Source: Heterodontus francisci (Eukaryota). From it: a stretch of DNA of 64,000 nucleotides. Under the pieces are notes generated by a model. It made no database searches and was not told the DNA's origin. It worked only from the letters and a program-made list of their open reading frames with translations. Numbering within the stretch: the stretch's first letter is position 1; each line of letters starts with the position of its first letter. A program made the position numbers and the translations under genes. This document shows positions 12,205-23,914 of this stretch, in pieces. The stretch is from NCBI RefSeq assembly GCF_036365525.1, contig NC_090376.1, positions 83,520,686-83,584,685 on the forward strand, read 5' to 3'.

Positions 12205-12800
12205 AGGGAACACTGAGCAGGCAGCGGGGAACACTGAGCGGGCAGCGGGGAACACGGAGCTGTGAGCAGGAAAATCGGAGCGGGGAGCGGAGAACACTGA
12301 GCAGGGAGAGGGAAACACGGCGTGGGAAGTAGGGAACACTGAGCAGGGAGTGGGAAACACGGAGTGGGGAACATGGAGAGGGAAACAGGGAACACTGAGT
12401 AGGGAGTGGGAAACACGGAGCGGGGAACATGGAGAGGGAAGCAGTGAACACTGAGCAGGGAGCACTGAGCAGGGAGCGGGGAACACAGAGCAGGGAGCGG
12501 GGAACACAGAGCAGGGGGCGGGGAACATGAAGTGGGGAACACAGAGCAGGAAGCGGGGAACACGGAGCGGAGAGTGGTGAACACTGAGGGGGGACGGGGA
12601 ACACAGAGCAGGAAGCAGGGAACACGGGAGATACTGTGGGAGGGGGGGAGATAGAGAGAGGGGGAGAAAGAGAGAGGGAGAAGGGGGGAGAGAGGGGGGA
12701 GAGAGGGACAGAGACAGGGGAGGGACAGAAACAGGAACAGAGAGGGGGAGAGAGAGAGAGAGAGAGCGAGAGGGGTAAGAGAATGGGGAGAGCCAGAGGG
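12205..12800. repeat. ~21-bp minisatellite (gggaacactgagcagggagcg variants) grading into GA-rich low-complexity sequence
   Basis: Repeated gggaacac(t/a/g)gagc units. Explains the repetitive CSVFPAP/PLPA ORFs. Confidence 0.9.
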
Positions 12801-12802
12801 TC

Positions 12803-13090
12803 ATAGAGTGATATATTTACGGCACAAATGGAGGCCATTCAGCCTATCAAGTCCATGCCAGCCCTCCACGTAGCTAGTCAGTCCCAATCGCTGACATGAT
12901 CCCCGTAACCCTGCAAGTCTATTTCTGTCAGGTGGCCATCCAACTTTCTCTTGAAGTCATTGATCGTCTCCACTTCCACCACCCTTGTGCGCAAAGAGTT
13001 CCAGGTCATTACAACCTTCAGCATAAAAAAGTGCTTCCTCATATTCCCCCTGAATTTTTTTCCCAAAACTTTCAATCTGTGTACCCTAGC
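12803..13090 (-). mobile_element. CR1 LINE 3' end
   Basis: KVLGKKFRGNMRKHFF...WNSL...VVEVETINDFKRKLD. Confidence 0.85.
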
Positions 13091-16000
13091 CCTAGGGGGG
13101 GGAGCGGGGGGGGAAGAGAGACGGAGTCATACACAGAGGGAGTGGGGGGAGAGGAGGGAAGGGAGATCAAGGTGTCTCCTGACAGATGGAAATCTATCCA
13201 GAATACTCTGCATCAATACATCAAGTGGGCAGGCAGAGACTGTGCAAGCAAAAACAATGCCAGGTATGTCACTAAATCAGTTTTCAATATAATGATGAGA
13301 AAGTAAATCAATAAATGAGTCTTCTCATTTAAAGCTTCTTCATAAAAATGCACATTTGTTGTTGTTTTGATAGCAGGAAATATTTTTAAGCCTTTATCTT
13401 TCTGAAAGTTGCTCACCGGCCCCCTATGGAGGGCAAAAGTTGTAATATGCCCCCCCCCCCCCGCCATGCGAAAAGGTTGGACAACCCTGCTCCAGATCAT
13501 CTCTAGCGGCTTATGATCTGTCTCGATCGTGAACTCTTTCCTGAATAAGTATGTGTCGAACCTGGTGATCCTGAAGACAAGAGCAAGAGTTTCTCATTTG
13601 ATACTGGAGTAATTTGCTTGTGCTGGTGACAGACTTTTTGAATCAAATGTGACAGGTTTGCCGTCCTGAAGAAGACATGCTCCGAGACCTTTCTGCGATG
13701 CATCCACTTCTAATGTTGCCTTCTGAGGGCCACAGTATTGAGCACATGACCCAACTGACAGTGCTTGTTTCAACGCATTGAATGCATGTTGGTGAATGTC
13801 TTTCTTCTGCAATTCTCTTAGTGGAGATGCCTGCTCTGAGAAGCTCGGTATGTATTCAGCAAGGAAGTTGAATAGACACAGACACCTTTGAAGGTTGTCC
13901 TTGTCCTGCGATGTTGGCATTGACTGGATGTCTTCAATCTTCCCAGGATCTGGGCGGACACCTGAGCTTGAGTATATGGTACCAGAAAAATTTATGTGAT
14001 CTGCCTTAATGGAGCACTTTTTGCTGTTGAAAATCAAATCTTCGCATCTGGCGGTCTCCATTATTAAGTGTAAGTTTCTGTCATGCTCTTCTTCCATGCA
14101 TTCTACGATGTTGATGCCATCCGCAATACACACACAGCCGGAGACTCATTCCATTGTCCGGTCCATATACTGTTGAAATATATCCTGAGTGACCGACAGC
14201 CCAAATGGTAAACAAAGGAAACAGCACCTGCCAAAGGGAGTTCTGAACGTTGTTAGCTCTTACGACCCTCTTGACAAGTGTACAGACCAAAATCGTTCTT
14301 TTGTGTCTAATTTGTGTCTAACATTGGGTTTAACTCTTCTAGTGTTGATATCTTAGGAGGACATCTCTTTAAGGATTTGTTTAGCCTCTTCGTGTCTAAA
14401 CATAGTCGAATTGAACCATCCTTCTTGATTGCAGTAGTGATGGAACTGCACCAGTCTGTGTGATGTTGCACATATTGAATGATTGTTTCTCCATTCCATT
14501 CAGGTCCATCTTCAACTTTTCTCGAATGTGCACGCTGCATTTTCACAGCGGATTGATTGACAGCATTGCACCTTCTTTCAGGCACAGGACTGCATCCCTG
14601 TGGAAATTCCCAACTGTGTCAAACCAGTCCGGGTACAATCTCTGGAGGTCTTGTACCGATCCAATGAGCGTGCACCTGTTTTGACTGCTGTGGTCTTCTG
14701 ACTGGGAGTCAGCTCATGAATGGTGACCATGTTAAGTTCATTGCATGCTCGCAGCCCTGCTACTGCTGGTCCTGACAGATCCACTGCGTAGAATATCTGA
14801 GTCAACCATATATACTCTTTGTACCTGCATCCCAAGTCTAGGGAACCTAGGCACTATATTGTTGAACCATTGTATGCCGTAAGCTTCATGTTTGTGTGTT
14901 GGACCACAGACTTCCATTGCTCGTGGTACATGACCTTCAGAATGTGGAAAGATAGAGTGTTGACACTTGCACCAGTCGATACCATCCAGCCTTATCAGGG
15001 CAGACGATCTGGAGTGTTATAAAAGCTTCCATTTTGCCAAGGTGATCGTATGAAATAGCCATTTATCTGTAGTGTCTTCACCTCAATCCACCTCAACCAC
15101 TTTGTTCAGGTGTTCCCCCATTTCATGGATTGGTCTATGCTTTTGGCAATGCCTGGAAGTGTCTCGCCTCCCTTTGCCTCTGAGTTGCGTACTTCTGCGG
15201 TTTGAGCGCTGCTCGCTCTGGCTTCTCCCCACGTTCGTACTGCTGAATCTTTTGCAAAGTTTGGCCTACTGCTCTCTAACCCTGCATGCCTTGCACGTGT
15301 CTGCATATGCCGGGATCTATGTGGTTGATAGGAGAGCCCTCAGTTAGTGCACACCTTGTTCAGCCTGGGTGCCTCCGGTATTATACCGACAGGCGTTTTG
15401 GACCCTAAGGCTTGCAAGAACTGTCTCCCTGTGATAATTGCCTCATATCTGCACCCTTTCTATAGTATGCTCTCCACGCCGTGTCCCTTCAGCTTTTCCA
15501 GGAGCTTTTCTGGAACATCTCAATAGAAGTGGAGGCGATAGCCAACTCCATAATTCAGTATCAGAGAAATTGCGTACTTTTGTTTTCTCTCTGCATCTGT
15601 TAGCAAAGTCGTCCAAGTTCTCGTTGGCTTTCTGTCTATACCTCATGACTTCCAGGTGGTGTACTCTGAAATTAAATTAATCCTAAGCTGAATTTCAAAT
15701 GTTGCCTATGGCTTTGATGGATCCTTCTGGTCAACATCAGATAAACCAGAGGTTTATCCTGTGCTGACCTTCATTTCCTATGGCGATCCTAATTTTTATT
15801 GCCTGCTTCTCTGCATCCACAACTTCGTAGTCTAGGAAGCATAGTTCAATCCTCTGCTTAAACAGTTTGAACTCACCTGGGACATCAGATGTTTTCCAGT
15901 CCATCTCTGAAATCTGGCTGCCATTGCCTAATCCTTCTACTTGTTTCTCTGCCTGAGGAGCAAACCTTGCTTTAAATGTTGCAGAAAGCTACGATGCCTG

Positions 16001-16599
16001 CAGAGCTGAGCAGGTGCCATGCCCTGAGCTGTGCTGCTGCAGTGCAAGCTTGTAAGCTTGTAGGCGGGAGGAGCCCTGGTATTGGGGTCGACTAATGACA
16101 CGCAAGTGCAGTGATGACAGGAAGGAATCTGCACCAAAACACAATGCTGCACTGATCTCTGCGACTGAAACTACCAGTAATTTATGTCTTGCCAGCTTGG
16201 AGCAAAGCCAGGAGTGCACCCAAATCATCTTCAATCTCAACTCACATCGTTGCTCTCCCGATGTGAGAGCTGTGATCCAGTCGCAGTGCTTCAGGTAGGG
16301 CTTCTGACTTGAATTGTCCTTTTCAGCTGCTGATCAATGCTGTCGGCTCACTACTGCTGGCACCATATTGTATTATCTCTTCCTAGACGAATATAAATGA
16401 AGCTGAAGGGCAGGCATAAAGCTTTATATACGGTGCTTTAATGGAGACTTGTTGCTTCAGCTTACACATGTTAACTGACTGTGCAAGAGAACTGAATCAA
16501 GTGATATTTCATCAATTCCTGTGATGACATATATATTAGCATAAACATATATTTAAATGATTATATTTAACATACTAACAGATACTCTATCATAAGTGT

Positions 16600-17690
16600 T
16601 CTCCTGCAAGCACAAGAAAGAATACTGTGTCACAGAGCCAAGCACAATGTCTATGCTGCCAGCAGCCTAGCGGTCGATGAAGGGGGCAAATCAATACGGC
16701 CACTCTCGAGGGTCTGCAATGAGAGACAGGCACCTCTCACCAAGATGCCTCTGACAGTTAATGCTGCTGCCTGACTCATTTCCACTGACTGGTTGGTCAC
16801 TCCCTCTCCATAAAACACAAGAGCAAGGCAGGAGACCTTCTTCCCAAGGGATGGGAAGAGGAGACTGGCCCGCCTGACCAAGTAAGCCTGGACAGAGATT
16901 GCAGAGGAGGTCAGCAGCCATGGAATCACCAAGCAAACCTAGATACAGTGTTGCAAGCACATTAACAATGCACCTTCTCACATGGCCTCATGCAAGGTCC
17001 CTTGAGGAGACCTCCTGCCTTGCCCTTGCAGCTTGGAGGAGAAACTGCATGGAGGCTTTGCTGGACCATGGGGCCACCTGGGGTCTTCGTTCTGCATTTC
17101 TTACTGCATGCTTCTGACCAGCTTCTTGCTTGAAGGCACCAGTCAGGCAGTGGACTCCAGTTTTAAGGCACCAGTCAGGAAGAGGACTCCAGTTTTAAGG
17201 CACCAGTCAGGAAGAGGACTCCAGTTTTAAGGCACCAGTCAGGCAGAGGACTCCAGTTTTAAGGCACCAGTCAGGCAGAGGACTCCAGTTTTATGGCACC
17301 ATTCAGGCAGAAGATTCTAGTTTCAAGGCACCAGTCAGGAAGAGGACTCCAGTTTTAAAGCATCAGTCAGGCAGAGGACTCTTCTGATCAGTCATCAGTG
17401 AATGCAAGGCTAGCAGCCCTTTAAATTTGGCGCTGCCACCTGCCATGGTGTCACCTAACGCCACATTACCGCCTCGCTTCCCACCTCTACACTTCAACTG
17501 GATGGCCCCCATGTCTCCCCTGAGTGAATTGTCTAGCCGCTGTGAGATCACGTGCGGCTGGCCTCTGAACGCCTGAGTGAAAGTGGCAACCACTTCCAGT
17601 GCAGCCTTGTCGCAAAATCCAACCCAATATTTCAGTATGGATGGGGTGTAGGGGCAGATATTAACAGAAATGATTGGCTGCAACCTTAAA
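16600..17690 (-). mobile_element. Harbinger element 5' part (Myb/SANT-like exon, rearranged)
   Basis: Minus-strand PQVAPWSSKASMQFLLQAARARQEV and plus-strand RARQETFFPRDGKRRLARLTK*AWTEIAEEVSS. Confidence 0.6.
17133..17381. repeat. 32-bp minisatellite, ~7.8 copies
   Basis: Unit aaggcaccagtcagg(c/a)agaggactccagtttt at 32-bp spacing, with no spacers. Confidence 0.95.
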
Positions 17691-18469
17691 GGCCAAGAAC
17701 CTGAACTTGTCAATTTACAGAGCAGTTAAGTCAAACACTGTTAAACTAAGGATTCAGTTGCCATTTTTATATGTTCACAATTATACAGTTAACATTCCAC
17801 TGGGATGTGAAGTGGAAGTAGCCTACTAACATACTTGTTTTAATTTTGAATTGATTGTTTCCTTCATGAATAGAGGTATTTATGCTGGTTAAGAATTCCT
17901 ATTCCCCAGTGCACTTGAAACATTGAGGAACAACTGAATATTTATAACGATTCTGGTCTTGCTTAGAACTGAAAAACAGCTTCCTAAAGCACATCGATTT
18001 CTAATTCCAAGCATCTCAACTTGATTATAATGGCCACATTTCCTTGTTTTTTTCAGCATTACAATGGTGCAATTACAATGCAATGCCAATTTTTTATATA
18101 TAGCACAGAAGATCAAGGAAATTAAGGCATGTGTGATTTCTGCAGGCTTTTACACAATGCCCAAATTTCCTCAATATTTTATGCCCATTCAGAGAAACCT
18201 TTATCAAAATTCTCTACCCTTCATTAATACAACATTTTATTCAACCAAGCAAAAGACCCGCTCACAAAAGTTTTGAGTGAGCTGTAAATTTATGCCCAAA
18301 CGTTAATGCAGAAGAGCACAAGTCAAAATTCTGGTATTTTATTGTAATTTTCTTAAACAATTATTTTTCTGATATTTAGGTAAACTTTTAGGATGCACCC
18401 GCCAAGTATTAATTGCTTTGTTAACGGAAATTAACTTGTGTCCCCCAGCACTCTTCTAATGGTTTAAAC

Positions 18470-20177
18470 TCGGGGTTTCTCAAATTGTGGTGCACATACC
18501 CCTGGAATACGGGAGACATCTCTGGGGGGTACGTGGGAGAGATTGTCTAATGGTGTACTTAATATCTAAGGCAAACAATAAACCATTCTTTTCCTTTTTT
18601 TTAAGTCATTACTTTTTTCATTGCATGTGTAAAGGAATATATAGTTACAAAGCTTCCTGGTAGATGTTTGCTCTGCCTGTTGTATTTTTCCCAAATGCTC
18701 GGGCATGCAGCGTGAACCACGGATGGGCTGGCGGCTTTGGTGCAGTGGGGGAGCAGTTTCCTGTGCCATTTGATCATCAGTGACCCCTCAGCCTGCTCTT
18801 TGAGCTTCCTAGCATGTGTTGGAGGTCTCCTTGGAGGACTCATCCTCTCCCAATCTATTTGGAGGTGGCAGCATCATCCGAAACGTCTGGGAGGAGGGGA
18901 TCATCACCAGCACTTACCTGACCTTTTGTCTGGAGAGACGAGACAAGCAGCCAGCAGTTTCCTGCAAGCGCGGGACTCCTGGTTGGAGCTGGATTTGCGG
19001 TGTCTGGAGGAGCAGGAGGTCAACTGCTCCATACAGCTCAACCGCCAACCAGAAGCACTGTGTCTCCAAGTTGGCCCTTCCGGGCTATGAGAGTGTGTTG
19101 TCTGTCCCCATGGCGAGTCTCTACACCCCAAGTGGAGCCTGATTCCTCCGGGATCCTGCTGCCGCTGATCAGCGCAAAGGAGCCAGGAGATGTCAGCAAG
19201 GCTAGACCATGTGAGGCAAGGTGGGAGACTCTGCTGAAAAATTCACCAACTTAGGTAAGAAATTCAGTGTTTTCATACATTTTTTTAAAATAATTTAATT
19301 CGCAATATCCCTAAATCAGAAAATCTACACATTATTTAACAGTCCATTAATAAAATATATCATTTACAGTTTATATAAATGTGATTATAATTGGTACCAA
19401 CATTTAAAGGGGTATTGTATTAATGAAACAGGTTTATCTGATTTGTGCGCAGATACAACACAACACAATAACCTGAATACCAAATTCAACAAAAGCTTGC
19501 ATTCAAATAGTGTCTTTAACGTGAAGAGAAACATTTCAAGGGACTTCACAAACGGAAGTTGGCAGGAAAAGGAATGTGAACCGTGGAGGGAGAGATTAGT
19601 ACGGTATGAACCAAAACCTGGCCAAAAAAATGTGTTTTGATAAGACTTTTAAAGGAGCAAAGACTGGTGGACATGCAGAGGAGGTTAGAGGGAGATCGAA
19701 TCCAATGAGTGGAAAACAGCTTGCGACTCAAACAATCACTCCAAACATTGTGCGCCTCTTCTTGTACAAACCACTTCAGTCTTTACATTAATGCCAACTA
19801 GTATCATTAAGCCAGTAAAATAAAAGCAAAATACTGCGGACGCTGGAAATCTGAAATAAAAACAAGAAATGCTGGAAATACTCAGCAGGTCTGGCAGCAT
19901 CTGTGGAGAGAGAAGCAGAGTTAACGTTTCGGGTCACTGAGCCAAACGTTAACTCTGCTTCTCTCTCCACAGATGCTGCCAGACCTGCTGAGTATTTCCA
20001 TCATTTCTTGTTTTTATATCATTAAGCCATTGTATATGTGTATTATAATTTGTACATTTTGTACAATTCTTGAGCATTCAAGGCGTTAAAATACTAAACC
20101 AGTATGCTGGTTGGGTTATGTGAGCAGCTGGTTGGTATTGAAGCAAATATGTAATAAGTAAAGTTTGGGAACCTCTG
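18470..20177. mobile_element. hAT (Charlie-like) non-autonomous element
   Basis: 8-bp TSD gtttaaac (18462-18469, 20178-20185) and imperfect TIRs tcggggtttctcaaatt / aagtttgggaacctctg. Confidence 0.75.
19815..20016. mobile_element. Fold-back Penelope pLTR mini-insertion
   Basis: Palindromic arms with 13-bp TSD tatcattaagcca (19802-19814, 20017-20029). Arms match the PLE terminus at 42849-42990. Confidence 0.85.
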
Positions 20178-20382
20178 GTTTAAACTATTAAGGCAATTTC
20201 TGAAACAGCACGTCCCTTTGGCTATTCGCAATAGGCAGAGTACTGACCGTACTCAACCAGCCTGTACTTGCAAAACTCAGAACACAATGTCAAACGTTCG
20301 CTGTGATTCCACGATTAGACAGCACTTACTGAACAATCCTAAGCGTGCTAAGAATTACACGAACAACCATTTAAGATTATCA

Positions 20383-20593
20383 TAAAAGCAAAATACTGCG
20401 GATGCTGGAAATCTGAAACAAAAACAAGAAATGCTGGATTCACTCAGCAGGTCTGGCAGCATCTGTGGAAAGAGAAGCAGAGTTAACGTTTCGGGTCAGT
20501 GACCGAAGAAGGGTCACTGACCCGAAACGTTAACTCTGCTTCTCTTTCCACAGATGCTGCCAGACCTGCTGAGTGAATCCAGCATTTCTTGTT
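20383..20593. mobile_element. Fold-back Penelope pLTR mini-insertion
   Basis: Near-perfect inverted arms with 14-bp TSD atttaagattatca (20369-20382, 20594-20607). Confidence 0.88.
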
Positions 20594-20861
20594 ATTTAAG
20601 ATTATCAGTCGGGCTCACAATGTGGCTTACTTATACTTTCTAGAAGCTTCATACAAAGGGACCTGTCCTCTGCAGGCAAAAAGAACATATCTAGGTGTTG
20701 CGCCTTTTCTGAATTAAACTAAGTGTGGGGGGCAATAGTTCCCTGATGTATTCTCCATGGCAACACCTCGAACAATCAGAGTCGACTTGCCAATCTATCA
20801 GTACCTTTTTCTCATGCAGTATAAATTGTTGCTCCTTTTGAAATTTAGTATCCTTACATCA

Positions 20862-20893
20862 GTCCTGATGAGTGCAAGATGAAAAGCTTCGAC
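20862..20893 (+). ncRNA. Minimal type-I hammerhead ribozyme-like motif (PLE)
   Basis: gtc CTGATGA gt-gcaag-at GAAA agct TC gac: core boxes, stem I gtc/gac, palindromic stem III. Confidence 0.6.
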
Positions 20894-20969
20894 AGCATGT
20901 CTCTTTTTTCTAATTCTACAAGCAATAAATAAGTTAACAACTTAAATTTATATAGCACCATTTAACATA

Positions 20970-21760
20970 GTCATGCAAGAAGGCACATTTAGTTGGGCAG
21001 TTGGAACCAGAAAGCAATTTTTCATGTGGGTATCAGGAATCAAAGAGAAATTTTAGGAGTTGGAGGTAATTAGTTTAAATTGCTATCTGGGACATCCCTC
21101 ATGTACCATGTGGCTATGGAGTTAGGTCTTGCCAGGGAGATGCCTTTTAGGTCAGGTTCTTTTTGGGTGCTTGCTGACGTAGACAGTCAGTTGGCTGTTG
21201 ATTTTGAAACCAGCTGGGCTCAGGAGCAAAGAGGTCATCAGAAACCAGGGGTAATTCTGTTTTGAGACAGGCCCATGCTCAAGCTGGGAAGTCCAGATTT
21301 TGCAGCTGTTAGAAAACTGGAGGTTTTGCCTAGCCGGATGCTAGAGGGAGAATCCCCTGGAAATCTGATACCTCAGAAGACAGCTGAGAAATTAAGAAAC
21401 TCAAAGTGAAATTCTAAAAGCTATTGTATACTTCAGATTGGTCCCAGGAGAAGTGAAGAAATCACCAAGGTCCTGTATTGTATAGGGGAACTCTTGAGGT
21501 GGAAGTAGCAGGCAGACAGGGAGTGTTCTGTTGAAATTTAAAGTTTAAAGTATTTGTCTTCATGTTCTGTTAAGATTTTAAGTTTAAGATCTGTGTTTCC
21601 AAGTTGTCATGTTAAGTTGGTAGTTTTTTGCTTTGCTTAACTCTTGTACAGTGAAGTATTTTTTGTTTAAAATGTGAAATCTTGTGTAATTCTTTCAGTA
21701 ATAACTGGGAATTTGACTTTCTCTTTTTAAAAGTTATTGGTCCCTAACGGAATCGTAACA
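20970..21760 (+). mobile_element. Probable solo LTR
   Basis: Ends ...ggaatcgtaaca. The 3' ~100 bp resemble 58130-58219. 5' end uncertain. Confidence 0.45.
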
Positions 21761-22516
21761 CATGCACCTGCCCTTTTCACCAGTTTGTCTATGTCCTCCT
21801 GAAGTCTGTTACTATCTTCCTCACTTTTTACTATATTTCAGAGTTCTGTGGTATCGCAAACTTTGAAATTATGCTCTGTATACCCAAGTCCAGGTCATTA
21901 ATATACACCAAAAAAGCAGTGATCCCAACGCTGACCTCTGGGGATACCACTGCAACACTTCCTCCAGTATGAAAAATAACCATTCATTACTACCTCTGCT
22001 TTCTGTCCCTTAGCCAATTATGTATCCAGACAACCACTGTCCATTTAATTCCATGGGCTTCAATTTAAGTAACAAGATCATTTCGTGGTATTTTATCGAA
22101 AACCCTTTGAAATGCCAAATACACATCGACCACACTGCCCTCATCAACCTTTTCTGTTACTTCATCAAAGAATGCAATCAAGATAGCTAAACATGATTTG
22201 CCTTTGACAATTCCATACTGGCTTTCATAATTAATGCATATTTTTCCAAGTGCCAATTAATTTTGTCCTGGTTTATTGTCTCTAAAACTTTCTCCACCAC
22301 CGTTAGTTTGACTGGCCTGAGGTTGCTGGTTTTATCTATCTCCCTCTTTTTGAACATTTGCAAACCTCCAGCCCACTGGCACCATTTCTATATCTAAGGA
22401 GGAATGGAAGATTGTTGCCAGAGCTTCCACTATCTCCACCCTTACATCGCTTAGCCACCAAGAATGTATCCCATCTGGACTTGGTGACGTTGCTGCTTTG
22501 TGCGCTGCCAACCATT

Positions 22517-23125
22517 TAGTTTAGCTTAGTTTTAGTTTAGAGATACAGCACTGAAACAGGCCCTTCGGCCCACCGAGTCTGTGCCGACCATCAACCACCC
22601 ATTTATACTAATCCTACACTAATTCCATATTCTCTACCACATCCCCACCATTCTCCTACCACCTACCTACACTAGGGGCAATTTACAATGGAGAGCCAAC
22701 TGTGCAACAGCCCCAACAAACAAATTTCTCTGCAGCACCTGTGGAAGAGCCTGTCACTCCAGAATTGGCCTTTATAGCCACTCCAGGCGCTGCTTCACAA
22801 ACCACTGACCACCTCCAGGCGCGTATCCATTGTCTCTCGAGATAAGGAGGCCCAAAAGAAAAAAAAAAGAAGACACTAATTCCATATTCTCTACCACATC
22901 CCCACCATTCTCCTACCACCTACCTACACTAGGGGCAATTTACAATGGCCAATTTACCTATCAACCTGCAAGTCTTTGGAGGTGGGAGGAAACTGGAGCA
23001 CCCGGCGGAAACCCACGCAGATACAGGGAGAACTTGCAAACTCCGCACAGGCAGTACCCAGAACTGAACCTGGGTCGCTGGAGCTGTGAGGCTGCGGTGC
23101 TAACCACTGCGCGACTGTGCTGCCC
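22517..23125 (-). mobile_element. HE1-like SINE with a nested RTE stub
   Basis: tRNA-like head gggcagcacagtcgcgcagtggttagc and a (ctaaa)n-type tail. Confidence 0.88.
22692..22872 (+). mobile_element. RTE-clade LINE 3' stub
   Basis: FLCSTCGRACHSRIGLYSHSRRC* (C2H2-like C-terminus typical of RTE/BovB), short 3' UTR, A/AAG tail, 76-bp direct flanks. Confidence 0.8.
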
Positions 23126-23914
23126 GCTGCAACATTCTTTTGACTACTATTTATACTTTAATATTTATAAGTTTAAAAAAGACTTTTGGGTTCCTTTTTA
23201 TATTACCCACTAATCTATTCTCATACACTCTCTCTTGTGCTCTTTTTAAAGTTCTCCTCTGCACTTTCTGTATTCAGCTTAGTTTTCTACTGATATTTAT
23301 CATAATCCTCCTTTTTATGTTTCATTTTAATCTCTGTATCTTTAGTTACCGACAGAGCTTTAGCTTTGGATGCCCTTCCTTTCCCCATTGTGGGAATGTA
23401 TACACAAACTATCTCCCCTTTGAAGGACTTCCATCGCTCACTTACGGTTTTACCTACCAACCTTTGATTCCAATCCACCTGGGCCAGATCCCTTTTCAAC
23501 TCGCTGAAATTAGCCCTCCTCTAGTTGAGTATTTTCATGTGATTCTTCCTTGCTCTTTTCCATAATGACTTTAAACCTAAGGATATTGTAGCCATTGTTT
23601 CCCAAATGCTTCCCCACTTTCCTCAAAATTGTTTTAAACTGTCAAAAATGTAAGAATATTAAAAGCAAAAATTAAATGCTACAAATTGGACAGTGGAGAT
23701 TATACAATGTACAATATAGTTATTCAGCTTATTAGAGCTATAAAATGATGAAGGTATATCTCTTAATGCGTTTCAGATTCAACCATGCTATCGTAATGAA
23801 GATCTCCTCCTCACAAATATAGACTTTCTTAACTATTCCATTTTGTGGGCACCCATTATATCAAATCTCTGCTTACACCCAGTCTGTTCTGGTGATGTAT
23901 ATTACAGGGAATTG

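Larger units (their letters stand above)
11845..13489 (+). mobile_element. hAT non-autonomous element (copy 2, nearly full length) with an internal minisatellite and a CR1 insert
   Basis: Subterminal ctacggaccgcgggccagaatccggc and 3' TIR aaggttggacaaccctg followed by ctccagat. Confidence 0.7.
9385..16580 (-). mobile_element. Degenerate Gypsy LTR retrotransposon (5' LTR, PBS, gag-pol), 3'-truncated, with nested insertions and an internal duplication
   Basis: LTR-like 16366-16580, PBS tggtgccagcag (16354-16365), and pol remnants KKDGSIRLCLD, CIADGI, EVDASQKGLGACL, ETDHKPLE, integrase VSDNGPQY and SPAEILFGR. Confidence 0.85.
20200..20910 (+). mobile_element. Penelope-like element 3' fragment (GIY-YIG C-terminus and pLTR)
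   Basis: CDSTIRQHLLNNPKRAKNY...FKIISRAHNVAYLYFLEAS...GPVLCRQKE, with a hammerhead-like motif in the terminus. Confidence 0.75.
21760..23620 (-). mobile_element. Degraded CR1 ORF2 fragment, split by a SINE
   Basis: ESQYGIVKGKSCLAILIAFFDEVTEKVDEGSVVDVYLAFQRVFDKIP and DLAQVDWNQRLVGK. Confidence 0.8.

Noticed and set aside
12124-12838. Long Pro/Cys/Ser-rich ORFs
   Set aside because: Translations of a minisatellite and GA-rich low-complexity DNA.
17133-17381. 32-bp repeats resembling a CRISPR array
   Set aside because: Head-to-tail units with no unique spacers, in a eukaryotic context: a minisatellite.
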